Assembly: GCF_004297185.1 (NCBI RefSeq)
Contig: NZ_PGCL01000003.1
Span: forward strand, 544,739 to 568,738
DNA from: Methanofollis fontis
GTDB taxonomy: Archaea; Halobacteriota; Methanomicrobia; Methanomicrobiales; Methanofollaceae
Direction: 5' to 3'
DNA: 24,000 bases
The translations under genes and the position numbers were made by a program. The notes under the pieces were generated by a model. That model was not told the DNA's origin. It ran no database searches and saw only the letters and a program-made list of their open reading frames with translations. Below are positions 6,430-15,272 of the stretch, piece by piece (within the stretch, counting starts at the first letter, position 1; every line of letters begins with the position of its first letter).

Positions 6430-7058
6430 GATGCGTCACCGGGTTCTTCGTCGAACTTCTTGAGGGACTTGACCGCCTCTGACATCGTCTCGATCTCGGC
6501 AAGCCACTCATCGAAGATCGTCGGTTCGTCCTTCGTCTTCAGCCAGGTGGCGCTGAACTTCCCGCCGTCGATGATCTGGGCGCCGATCTTCGCCGCCATC
6601 ATCAGCGCCTCCTCCGGGTTCTCCTCGGCGATCTTTCGCCCGTCCTTCACCAGCGCCTTGGCATCACCCTCATACTCTTCCTGGAGGAAGGCGCGGCACG
6701 AGGCGAAGAGGGGCAGGAGTGAGAGCTGCATCCCGCCGACGATGCCGCAGAGGTCGTCGTCTTCGGGGAGGTCGGCCATCACGATGCCCTCGACAACCCC
6801 GATCTTCTCGATCGCCTCATCCTTTGAAAACCGCTCGTTCTGGTAGAGTTTGACGATCTTCAGCACCGAGATGGTGATGTCCTCAACAAAACTCTGGAGC
6901 ATCCTGAACCCCTCGGGCATCTCCTCCGCATCGGCATCGCCCTCGAAGTCCGCCTCCCTGAGGGTTGAGAGCCAGTTATTCCAGCGTTCATCGCTGTAAA
7001 ATATATAGAATAACTTCATCGGCTCCTGCTCTTTCGCGCTTTTTTTCGCCATTACCAT
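6426..7058 (-). CDS. Conserved acidic archaeal protein of unknown function (possibly DUF2150-like)
   Basis: 210 aa, MKLFYIFYSDERWNNWL..., strongly acidic and alpha-helical in character. It is coupled to the downstream Cys-knuckle gene. An AATTAAAG/TATAGAAAATT region at 7076-7094 could be its TATA box. The DUF2150 label is from memory and unverified. Confidence 0.65.
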   Translation of the reverse strand: MVMAKKSAKEQEPMKLFYIFYSDERWNNWLSTLREADFEGDADAEEMPEGFRMLQSFVEDITISVLKIVKLYQNERFSKDEAIEKIGVVEGIVMADLPEDDDLCGIVGGMQLSLLPLFASCRAFLQEEYEGDAKALVKDGRKIAEENPEEALMMAAKIGAQIIDGGKFSATWLKTKDEPTIFDEWLAEIETMSEAVKSLKKFDEEPGDAS

Positions 7059-7172
7059 AGTGGTGGAATACCCCGAATTAAAGAATTTTCTATACAGGAA
7101 CGGCGCGGTTCAGGGTTATTTCAAGGTATTCCCTGCGCAAGCGCTTTATCTGATCGGGCAAAACAGGTGCAC

Positions 7173-7511
7173 ATGAAGTTTGCAGTTTCTACCGACGGCG
7201 AGGGGGGCCCGGATGCGGTTGTAGCCACCGATTTCGGACGGGGCGATACCTTCACCATCGTCGAGGCCGAGGGGACGGAGATAAGAAGTGTCCGGGTGGT
7301 TGATAACGATGGGCGGCGGATCGCACAGGGTGCCGGCATCGCCGCCGCCGATCAGGTGATCCTGGAAGGGGTCGACGCCGTCGTCGCCGGTCACTTCGGC
7401 CCGCATGCCGAGGAGATCTTCGGGGAGGAGGGGATCGTGATCGTGTATATGCCGAGGGTGACGGTCCGCGAGGCGGTGGAACGCTACCACACCGCCGTTC
7501 AGGGGACATGA
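7173..7511 (+). CDS. NifX/NifB-C-terminal-like (dinitrogenase FeMo-cofactor-binding fold) small protein
   Basis: MKFAVSTDGEGGPDAVVATDFGRGDTFTIVE...GAGIAAADQVILEGVDAVVAGHFGPHAEEIFGEEGIVIV follows the family pattern: MKIAV.S.G...V...FGR...F.I...GAG..AA..L...GV.AVI.G..GP.A...L...GI. A GTG at 7167 is an alternative start. Confidence 0.8.
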   Translation: MKFAVSTDGEGGPDAVVATDFGRGDTFTIVEAEGTEIRSVRVVDNDGRRIAQGAGIAAADQVILEGVDAVVAGHFGPHAEEIFGEEGIVIVYMPRVTVREAVERYHTAVQGT

Positions 7512-7562
7512 ACGGCGATCCCGTCCCAATCTTCATCAGATCGGAGCGCCATATACAACGGC

Positions 7563-8294
7563 ATGCGCCGGGAATGCCTGCAGCGTCTTCTCCGTGAGCA
7601 CGGCCGAATCGTCGTTGCCCTCTCAGGCGGAACGGACAGCGCCGTCCTGCTGGCGGCAGCAGTGAAAAGCGGGATAGAGGTGGCCGCCGTCAGTGTGGAC
7701 ACGGGACTCGCTCCTGCAGGTGAGATGGAGGCGGCGGCGAGAACGGCAGAGGCGCTCGGCGTCGAACACACCATTATCCCGATCGATATGCTCGCAGAGG
7801 AAGCGGTCAGGACCAATGCACCGGAGCGGTGCTATGTCTGTAAACGACGGATGATGGAGGCGATCGTGGAGCATGCGCACCGTAATGGGTGTGCCGCCGT
7901 TGCCGACGGCACCCATGCCGACGACGATCCGGCGGATCGCCCCGGTGTGCGGGCCCTCCACGACCTCGGGGTGATCAGCCCGTTTGCACGGTGCGGGATC
8001 GGGAAGGCGGAGATCTGTGCACTCGCCCGCGAATGGTCGATGCCAGTCCGCCCCTCCTCCTCCTGCCTTGTCACCCGCCTGCCGTTCGGTACGACGGTGA
8101 CGCCCGCCATCCTCCGGCGGATCGACCGTGCGGAGGCAGTGCTCCGTGAGGCGATACCGGGCAGGGTCCGCGTCCGCCCCGAGGGGGGACTCGCACGGAT
8201 CGAGGTGCCGGCAGGATATGAGGAGACGGCGCAGGCACTCATCCCACGGATCATTGAAATCGGTTTTGAGGATGCAACGGTGGAGGGACAATGA
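7563..8294 (+). CDS. PP-loop ATP pyrophosphatase of the LarE/TIGR00268 type (sulfur transferase), three-Cys variant
   Basis: VVALSGGTDS is the PP-loop. There is a CYVC motif at 7830-7841 (Cys90/Cys93) and an SSSCLVTRLPFG motif with Cys168 (8064-8066). Length (243 aa) and overall layout match LarE-like enzymes. Its stop overlaps the thiI start (ATGATG at 8291-8296). Confidence 0.8.
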   Translation: MRRECLQRLLREHGRIVVALSGGTDSAVLLAAAVKSGIEVAAVSVDTGLAPAGEMEAAARTAEALGVEHTIIPIDMLAEEAVRTNAPERCYVCKRRMMEAIVEHAHRNGCAAVADGTHADDDPADRPGVRALHDLGVISPFARCGIGKAEICALAREWSMPVRPSSSCLVTRLPFGTTVTPAILRRIDRAEAVLREAIPGRVRVRPEGGLARIEVPAGYEETAQALIPRIIEIGFEDATVEGQ

Positions 8295-9475
8295 TGGGGA
8301 CGGCGGTGGTCCGGTTCGGCGAACTTTTTCTCAAGAGCGAGGCCGTGAAACGCTTCTATATGCGCACACTCGAACAGAACCTGGACTATGCGCTTTCGGC
8401 GGCCGGATGCGAACATACAATCGAGGTCCACCGCGACCGCATCCTGTTGCATGGCCCGGACCCCGAAAGAATCGCGCAGGCGGCGGCAAGAACCTTCGGG
8501 GCGATCGATGTCGCCGTCTGCACGCATACCGGGACCTCCATACCCGAGATGGGGGAGGCAGCGCTCGAACGGGCGCGCCGCCACCTGCATGCCGGTATGA
8601 CCTTCGCTGTCCGCGCCCGCCGGGAGGGGGTGGAGGGGTATACCAGCCAGCAGATCGGGGCCGAAGTTGGGAGCGTGATCTATGAGGCGATCCCGGGGCT
8701 CTCCGTCGACCTCACCCATCCGGACTATGAGGTGTTTGTCGAGGCGCGGCCCTTCGGGGCGCTCATCTACGACGAGCGCATACCCGCGCCCGGGGGTCTG
8801 CCCTTCGGGACACAGGACCGCGTGCTCTCCCTCCTCTCGGCCGGCATCGATTCGCCGGTTGCCACATGGATGATGATGCGGCGGGGCTGCCGGATCACCC
8901 ATCTCACCATGGACGGCGGGCGCTGGCAGGGGAAGGACGTGCGGGATGCCGTGATCCGCCATCATGCCACCCTCTCCTCGTGGTGTCCGGGCCACCCCCT
9001 CGACCTGATCGTGGCGGATATGGAACCCTTCTTCGATGCGATGACCGCCGCCGCGGTGCCCCGCTACCGCTGCCTCCTCTGCAAGCGTTTCATGTTCAGG
9101 ATGGCAGAGGCCGTCGCCCGGCAGGAGGGGGCGCTCGCCATCGTCACCGGCGACAACCTGGGGCAGGTCGCCTCCCAGACCCTCCAGAACATGGCGGTGA
9201 TCGAATCGGCCGCCACCATGCCGGTGCTCCGCCCCCTCCTCACCTCCGAGAAGAACGAGGCGATCGAGATCGCCCGGCGGATCGGCACCTTCGATGAGAA
9301 CGCCGGGGACCTCTCGTGCGCCGCCGTCCCGAGGCGTCCGGCGACACAGGCAGACCTCGACGCCGTCCTTGAGAGCGAGGGGCGCATCGATATGGACGGG
9401 ATCATCGACGGTGCGCTCGGTTCGCTCCGGCGCATCAGGGCAAAAAATGGCCGGATAGTCGATCCAGACAACTAA
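8291..9475 (+). CDS. thiI: tRNA 4-thiouridine synthase ThiI, methanogen type without a rhodanese domain
   Basis: VVRFGELFLKS is the N-terminal ferredoxin-like/THUMP region. LLSAGIDSPVATWMMMRRGC is the PP-loop. There is a CLLC motif at 9071-9082 (Cys261/Cys264) and Cys343 (9317-9319), then IVTGDNLGQVASQTLQNM. The protein ends at 394 aa with no C-terminal rhodanese extension. Confidence 0.9.
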   Translation: MMGTAVVRFGELFLKSEAVKRFYMRTLEQNLDYALSAAGCEHTIEVHRDRILLHGPDPERIAQAAARTFGAIDVAVCTHTGTSIPEMGEAALERARRHLHAGMTFAVRARREGVEGYTSQQIGAEVGSVIYEAIPGLSVDLTHPDYEVFVEARPFGALIYDERIPAPGGLPFGTQDRVLSLLSAGIDSPVATWMMMRRGCRITHLTMDGGRWQGKDVRDAVIRHHATLSSWCPGHPLDLIVADMEPFFDAMTAAAVPRYRCLLCKRFMFRMAEAVARQEGALAIVTGDNLGQVASQTLQNMAVIESAATMPVLRPLLTSEKNEAIEIARRIGTFDENAGDLSCAAVPRRPATQADLDAVLESEGRIDMDGIIDGALGSLRRIRAKNGRIVDPDN

Positions 9476-9481
9476 AAAAGT

Positions 9482-10669
9482 TTATTCTGCAGGTGAGACG
9501 GACAACCCGTTCTCCTCTGCGATCTCGAGATAGGCGGCGGCGACATACTCCGCCTGCGCACGGGTGATCCCGTAGGTGTTGAACTTCCAGACCTTCGTCG
9601 CCCCGGGGATCACGCCGACGATCCCCTTCTTCTTGAGGGCACTGGAGAGGAAAAAGCCGCGCTTTTTATGGGTCTCTGCAACCCGGTCAAAGGAACGGCT
9701 CGTGTCCACACGGGTGAGGGTGTGGCGGCGGGGCATCTCCGAGCGGACCGCCGTCCCCTCGATGGACGTGAGGGCATCGATGACGATCCGGCTCTTTTCG
9801 ATCTCCTCGTCCCAGCGTTTCACCCGTTCCTGCACATGCGGGAAGGAGGCCATCATCCCCATGAGGGTCACGCCCATCAGGGTGCACCCCATCATTTCCA
9901 CCTCCTTGATCCCGAAGGTCCGCCCGGTGAGGTCACCCTTCACCTGCGTCGTCCTGAAGACCTCCTCGGCGCGCTCAGACGTTGTGGCAAGCATACCCGA
10001 GGGGGCGGGCGCGGCCATGCTCTTGTGCCCGGAACCGATAACAAAATCCACTCCAAGGCTCTTGCCGTCCACGGGCATGATCCCGACCGTATAGGCGCCG
10101 TTGAGCAGCACGGGCACGTCGTAGTCGTGGGCGACCCGCGCGATCTCCCGCACCTCATGGATGTTGCCGAACTGGTAGTCGACGTGATCGATGAAGAGCA
10201 GCACCGGAGGACGCCCGAAGGTGCGGGTTACCTCTTCGATCCGCTCGGCCGCCGCATCGGCCCGGATGATGTTCTGAGCGTCCTTCGGGATCTCGTGCGG
10301 GATGCCGCCGGCATTCTCGACGGCGATGAACTCGGTGTAGTGGGAGAGGGCGGTGAGCATCACCGGATCGCCCTTCCCCACATAGGTGCCGGCGACCGCC
10401 TGGAAACCCCGGCGCGCCCCCGGAACCACCCGCGCCTGGTCCATGCCGACAAAGGCGGCGAGGTCCTCGTGGAACTCTGCGATGGGCGGTTTGTTTATAT
10501 AATCCAGCCTGAACGGTTTTCCGCAGTTGTCGCAGACCGAGTAGCCGTCCCCATAGGAGATGACCGCCTTCATCGCATCAGCGGTCAGGCGCCCGCCCGC
10601 CTGGATGGGATCGATGTTGATGTTCATCTCTTCGACATCACGGAGATCGATTCCCCCGGTGCACTTCAT
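9482..10669 (-). CDS. pscS: O-phosphoseryl-tRNA(Cys):Cys-tRNA synthase (SepCysS)
   Basis: 395 aa. NINIDPIQAGGRLT...YGDGYSVCDNCGKPF has the Cys pair, GSGHKSMAAPAPSG has the PLP lysine, and EMMGCTLMG has the third Cys. The fold-type-I PLP layout is typical of SepCysS. Confidence 0.9.
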   Translation of the reverse strand: MKCTGGIDLRDVEEMNINIDPIQAGGRLTADAMKAVISYGDGYSVCDNCGKPFRLDYINKPPIAEFHEDLAAFVGMDQARVVPGARRGFQAVAGTYVGKGDPVMLTALSHYTEFIAVENAGGIPHEIPKDAQNIIRADAAAERIEEVTRTFGRPPVLLFIDHVDYQFGNIHEVREIARVAHDYDVPVLLNGAYTVGIMPVDGKSLGVDFVIGSGHKSMAAPAPSGMLATTSERAEEVFRTTQVKGDLTGRTFGIKEVEMMGCTLMGVTLMGMMASFPHVQERVKRWDEEIEKSRIVIDALTSIEGTAVRSEMPRRHTLTRVDTSRSFDRVAETHKKRGFFLSSALKKKGIVGVIPGATKVWKFNTYGITRAQAEYVAAAYLEIAEENGLSVSPAE

Positions 10670-10848
10670 CGCAGCACCTCCTGTTCAAGAATTCCGATCT
10701 GTTTCTTCAATTTTTCAATTGTTTTTGCGGCCTTCGCCCGCCGCTCTTCTGCGAGTTCATGAGATGGCGCCGTTTCCCGCATCATGACCCGCAGATCGGT
10801 GAGAAGAAAGAGCGCCTGAAAGATCGCCTCCACTGCCCGCTGTGTCAC
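10666..10848 (-). CDS. Small helical protein translationally coupled to SepCysS (candidate free-standing SepCysSn/SepCysE-N-like helix)
   Basis: 60 codons from GTG 10848, or 39 codons from the internal ATG pair. Its TGA overlaps the SepCysS ATG (ATGA at 10666-10669). The C-terminal half AEERRAKAAKTIEKLKKQIGILEQEVLR is heptad-like. Codon usage is GC3-rich like its neighbours. The function is inferred. Confidence 0.45.
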   Translation of the reverse strand: MTQRAVEAIFQALFLLTDLRVMMRETAPSHELAEERRAKAAKTIEKLKKQIGILEQEVLR

Positions 10849-10966
10849 AGAATCACCACCCTCATATTGTGCCCCCTCAATAGATAGTGGTGACGCTTCC
10901 CCGGCGTTCAGTTTCAGGACGCACGGAGCATTCCTTTATACCATCGGCCAGATGAGGAGTAACTAA

Positions 10967-12115
10967 ATGAAATGTGTCCATATCGCCGATACGCACCTTG
11001 GCCTCTCGGCCTTCAATAAACTGGACCCGGAGAGCGGGATGAACCTCCGGGAACGACTGGTGTACGACAATTTTCTGGCGGCGACCCGGCGGATCCTCGA
11101 GGAGCGCCCGGACGCGATCGTCCATGCCGGCGACCTCTTCCACATGGTGAAGCCCAAGACCCGCGCCTATACGACCGTGCTTGCGGCCCTCGACCTGATC
11201 AGGGATGCGGGCGTCCCCCTCATCCTCATCGCCGGCAACCACTCGATGACAAAGACCCGCTATACCCAGTCCCCATTTGCGGTCCTCGAATACCATGGGG
11301 CCGAGGTCCACGCCGCCTACCGCTACCGCTATGAGATGGTCGAGTGCGGCGACACCCGCTTCCACCTCATCCCGAACATGCTCGATCCAGCCGGATACCG
11401 GCACGCCTTCGATGACATCAGGATCGATCCCTCCAGCCAGAATGTGCTCGTCACCCATGGTCTTGCCTCCATGCTGAAGGACCACCGCCTCAACACCGTT
11501 GCCGAGCACGAGATCGATGCGGCGATGATCTCCGATGCCTTCGACTACATCGCCCTGGGTCATTACCACGGGCAGGTGCAGGTGGCGCCCAACGCCTGGT
11601 ACAGCGGGTCCATCGAGCACTGCACCTACGGCGAGATCGATGACACGAAGGGCGGTCTTGTCGTCGATACCGTCAGCGGAAGGGCGGAGCATCTCTCCCT
11701 CCCGAAGACGCCGATGCTCAATCTTGGCACCATCTCCTGCGAAGGGATGTCCGCCATGGAGGCGGCAGAGAGCGTCGCGAAGCGACTGGAGGGGATCACG
11801 GCAGAGCATGCGATGGCCCAGATCACCCTGAAGGGGCTGAACAGGGAGATGCAACGACAGATCGCACGGAGCGGCATGAGAGAGTCCACCCGTGCCCTCC
11901 TCGATCTCAGGATCCGGGTCGAGTCTGTTGAGGAGGAGCGCACCCGTTTCGCGGGAGATGACCTCCGCCGGATCGATTTTGCAGAGGAGTTCAGGCGGTT
12001 TGTACAGGAGAAACATCTCCCCGCCGGTATCGAGGAGTATGCCCTGAAAAAAGGTTTCGAGACCCTGACACTGGCAATGCAGCGGCAGACGGAGGCGGAC
12101 GATGCTTCTGAATAG
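10967..12115 (+). CDS. mre11: DNA double-strand break repair nuclease Mre11
   Basis: Phosphoesterase motifs are present in order: HIADTHLG, HAGDLFH, IAGNHS, VTHG, ALGHYHG. A GGAG lies 7 nt upstream of the ATG, and a TTTATA lies at 10935-10940. Confidence 0.9.
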   Translation: MKCVHIADTHLGLSAFNKLDPESGMNLRERLVYDNFLAATRRILEERPDAIVHAGDLFHMVKPKTRAYTTVLAALDLIRDAGVPLILIAGNHSMTKTRYTQSPFAVLEYHGAEVHAAYRYRYEMVECGDTRFHLIPNMLDPAGYRHAFDDIRIDPSSQNVLVTHGLASMLKDHRLNTVAEHEIDAAMISDAFDYIALGHYHGQVQVAPNAWYSGSIEHCTYGEIDDTKGGLVVDTVSGRAEHLSLPKTPMLNLGTISCEGMSAMEAAESVAKRLEGITAEHAMAQITLKGLNREMQRQIARSGMRESTRALLDLRIRVESVEEERTRFAGDDLRRIDFAEEFRRFVQEKHLPAGIEEYALKKGFETLTLAMQRQTEADDASE

Positions 12116-15100
12116 GCTTGTCCTCCAAAACTTCAAGCGCTACCGGCAGACCGAGATCCGTTTTGCCGACGGGATCACCGGCATCGTCGGGAACAACGGG
12201 GCAGGGAAGAGCACCATCATCGAGGCGGTATTTTTCGCCCTCTTCGGGCTGCAGGGGGGACCGAATTCGGCATATATCGTCTCATCATTTGCCGGTCCGA
12301 AGGAACGGTGCGAGGTCAGACTCGATTTTGCAGTCGGGGGGACCGAGTACACCGTCAGGCGCACCTACCGGCGGACGGTGTCGTCCACCCAGCACGACGC
12401 CGAACTCTTTATGGACGGGCGGCAGCTAGCCGACGGCGTTTCGGCGGTCGGGACAGAGGTACGGCGGCTGCTGGGCATGAGTCCGGCAGATTTCAGGCAT
12501 ACGGTGTTTGCGGCACAGAAGGATCTCCTCTCCCTCCTCGACACCCAGCCCGGGCGGCGGAAGGAATGGTTCATGCGCGTCCTCGGGATCGACCGGATCA
12601 GGGACGAGAGTCTTGCCATCCTGAAGGAGGAGAGCGATCGGCTTGAAGGCGACCTCGATCAGATCGGCGGGCGACTGGCGGAGATCGACGAGGAGGCAAC
12701 AGGCAGGGCGCTGGAGGGGGCGACAGAGACGATCCGGACCCTGACGGCGGCGACGTGCGAGAGGGAGGAGGAATGCACCCGCCTGACTGATCAACAGGCA
12801 GGGCGCGCCGACGAGATCGCCGCACATGAGGGGCGAGAGCGCGAGTATCTCCGGCTTGGAGAGCAGGCGAAGGCCGCACAAAAGGAGATCTCCGATCTTC
12901 AGGATGAGTGCCAGAGGCTTGCCGCAGAGATCGACGGATGTGCCGCCCTTGTTGCCGAGTGCGAGGATCTGGAGCGCCGAATACCGGACTATCGACAGAC
13001 AATTACTGATTACTCTGACTACGAAGAGCGCCACAGGAAAAACGAGCGCTGCCGCGACCATATGGAGGTGCTCGATACCGAGGCCTCCGGTCTGCGCACC
13101 AGAATCACCAGGATCGATACCGCCCTCCAGGACATCGACAGGGATACAGCCCGGTGCACCGCCCTGCTGCCATCGGTGGAACGGCGAGACGAGGTGACGG
13201 TCGCCCTTGCAGAGGCGCGGAAAAAGGAGCAGCGTTTCCGCGATGCACAGGCCCGGACCGCAACCGCTGAGGCACATTTTTCAGAGATCGAACGGGCGAT
13301 TGCCTCACTCGAAGCAGAGATCACACACCTCAGGGAAAAATTCGAGGAGTGCACAGCCCTTGAGGCCGAGTGTGCAGACGTCGAATCGGTATCAGCAGAA
13401 GCGGAACGACTGGAGAGGGCCCGAACCCATGTACAGGAGATCGAACGCCTCAGGTCTGCGATCGCAGAGGAGGAACGGGAATGCGGCCGCCTCCGGAGCG
13501 GTATCGATTCTCTCAGGACGGCGATCAAAAAATGCGGCGATCCTGAGGAGGAGATCCAGACGGCCGAGTCCGCCGTGCGCAGGGTATCAGAGGAGATAAT
13601 CCGGGCGGAATCGGAACGGACCGGTCTCCAGAAAAAACGGCAGGAACTCCTCGAATGGAGGGAAGAGATCCGGAGGCTGGGACCGGATTCACCCTGCCCC
13701 ACCTGCACCCGCCCCCTCCATGACCACCACGCAACCCTCCTTGAGGATTCAGAAACAGAGGCGGCGGCACTGGCCTCATCGATAAAGGACCTGGATACGG
13801 CCATCATCGGATGGAAAACAGAAGAGGCAGAACTCCGAAAACGGACCGCAGAAATCAAAGACTCTGCCCGGGAAGTTGCTGAGATGGAGCGCCGCATCGC
13901 CGCCATGGAGGCGGAGGCCACGACCAGGGGCACACACATACAGTCCTGCCGGACAACCATTCTCTCTGCAGAAGAGGCGCTTGCAAACCTGGGGTGCCGC
14001 GAGTATGATCCGGCGCACCACCGTGCGGTGCAGGAGCGGCGCGACGCCCTCCGGGAGGTGAAGATACGGTATGAACGCCTCACCGGCGAGTGCGCCGCCC
14101 TCCCTCAGAAAGAAACAGAAAGGGAACGGTTGTACACCGCAGCAGAAGGCGCCATCTGGGAGATCGATCGCACCCGCCGGGAGCAGGAGACGATCCGATA
14201 CGATCCTGGCGAGATCGCACGGTTCGAGGACGAATTGAACGCCCTCGATGTGGATGTGAAGGAATTCCTGGCCGCGGAGGCACGGTGCGCCCAACGGCCC
14301 GGACTTGAGGCTGAACGGAACACCCTCTCGGGACAGTTGCTCAAAACTGAAAAACACCTTCAGGCGCTCTCTGCAGAGATTGAAGCACTCGGATATGATA
14401 GGGAGCGGTTTGAGGCGCTCAGGAGCGCTGCTGAAGCCTCCCGCTCCCGTATCGAACGCTATCAGGAGCTCAGGATTGCGACTGGCCATTTGCCCTCGCT
14501 CCGACAGCGTCAGGCGCATGCCGGTGCCGAACTCAGCGCCGCCGCGGAGCGTTTCTGCGAATGTGAAAAGAGACAGGCGGCACTCGGTTTTGATCCCCTC
14601 ATACTTTCCGCCCTGCGGGAAGAAGCAAAGGACGCCGACCGGAGGATCACCGCCCTGCGGGAGGAGATCGCCGGACGGCGGCGGGACATCTCGCACTGGC
14701 AGGAGAAGAAAACAGGATATGAGGAAAAAATAGAGCGTGCGGCAGCCCTCCACAGCAAAAAGACCGAGATCGGTGCAGAACGCGAGCGCCTCAAGCTCAC
14801 CCGCACTCTGATCTCCGAGTATGCCGCCTATCTCCTGGGCGTGGTGCGGGGGCACCTGGAGGGAGTGGTCGGCGACGTGCTCTCCGAGATCACCGACGGG
14901 CGCTACGATTCCGTCCTCATCGACGACGACTTCACCCCCCTCATCAATGATATGGGCGCGGATTATCCTGCCGACCGTTTTTCCGGCGGAGAACAGGACG
15001 ATATCGCCATTGCACTGCGGATTGCCCTCTCCCGCTACCTCTCCGAGGTGCGGGGCGCCCGCGACCCCACCGTCCTCATCTTCGACGAGATCTTCGGGAG

Positions 15101-15272
15101 TCAGGACGAGGAAAGAAGGGCGAACCTGATCCGAGCACTGCGGACACAGGAGGCGCATTTCCCCCAGATACTTCTGATCTCCCATATCGGCGAGGTGCAG
15201 GAGGAGTTCGAGACAACGCTCCGCGTTGAGGCGGGCCCCGGTCAACAGAGCCGGGTGGAGTGCGTCGAATGA
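12102..15272 (+). CDS. rad50: DNA double-strand break repair ATPase Rad50
   Basis: 1056 aa. N-terminal Walker A is GIVGNNGAGKST. A long E/R/A-rich coiled coil carries a central zinc hook CPTC at 13695-13706. The C-terminal signature is FSGGEQDDIAIALRIAL and Walker B is LIFDEIFGSQD. The gene overlaps mre11 by 14 nt. Confidence 0.9.
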   Translation: MLLNRLVLQNFKRYRQTEIRFADGITGIVGNNGAGKSTIIEAVFFALFGLQGGPNSAYIVSSFAGPKERCEVRLDFAVGGTEYTVRRTYRRTVSSTQHDAELFMDGRQLADGVSAVGTEVRRLLGMSPADFRHTVFAAQKDLLSLLDTQPGRRKEWFMRVLGIDRIRDESLAILKEESDRLEGDLDQIGGRLAEIDEEATGRALEGATETIRTLTAATCEREEECTRLTDQQAGRADEIAAHEGREREYLRLGEQAKAAQKEISDLQDECQRLAAEIDGCAALVAECEDLERRIPDYRQTITDYSDYEERHRKNERCRDHMEVLDTEASGLRTRITRIDTALQDIDRDTARCTALLPSVERRDEVTVALAEARKKEQRFRDAQARTATAEAHFSEIERAIASLEAEITHLREKFEECTALEAECADVESVSAEAERLERARTHVQEIERLRSAIAEEERECGRLRSGIDSLRTAIKKCGDPEEEIQTAESAVRRVSEEIIRAESERTGLQKKRQELLEWREEIRRLGPDSPCPTCTRPLHDHHATLLEDSETEAAALASSIKDLDTAIIGWKTEEAELRKRTAEIKDSAREVAEMERRIAAMEAEATTRGTHIQSCRTTILSAEEALANLGCREYDPAHHRAVQERRDALREVKIRYERLTGECAALPQKETERERLYTAAEGAIWEIDRTRREQETIRYDPGEIARFEDELNALDVDVKEFLAAEARCAQRPGLEAERNTLSGQLLKTEKHLQALSAEIEALGYDRERFEALRSAAEASRSRIERYQELRIATGHLPSLRQRQAHAGAELSAAAERFCECEKRQAALGFDPLILSALREEAKDADRRITALREEIAGRRRDISHWQEKKTGYEEKIERAAALHSKKTEIGAERERLKLTRTLISEYAAYLLGVVRGHLEGVVGDVLSEITDGRYDSVLIDDDFTPLINDMGADYPADRFSGGEQDDIAIALRIALSRYLSEVRGARDPTVLIFDEIFGSQDEERRANLIRALRTQEAHFPQILLISHIGEVQEEFETTLRVEAGPGQQSRVECVE

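Noticed and set aside
7832-8995. 387-aa minus-strand ORF, with similar long ORFs at 3200-4252 (-), 9668-10762 (+), 10877-12136 (-), 13019-14083 (-), 13776-15245 (-), 15242-16012 (-), 16203-16862 (-) and 21685-22533 (-)
   Set aside because: All are antisense to, or out of frame with, genes carrying strong family motifs (LarE-like/ThiI, WecB/ATPase, SepCysS, Mre11, Rad50, NurA, HerA, PolB-like). Their products are low-complexity and rich in R/G/P/A/H, as expected from stop-codon-poor GC-rich DNA. I see no independent start signals.
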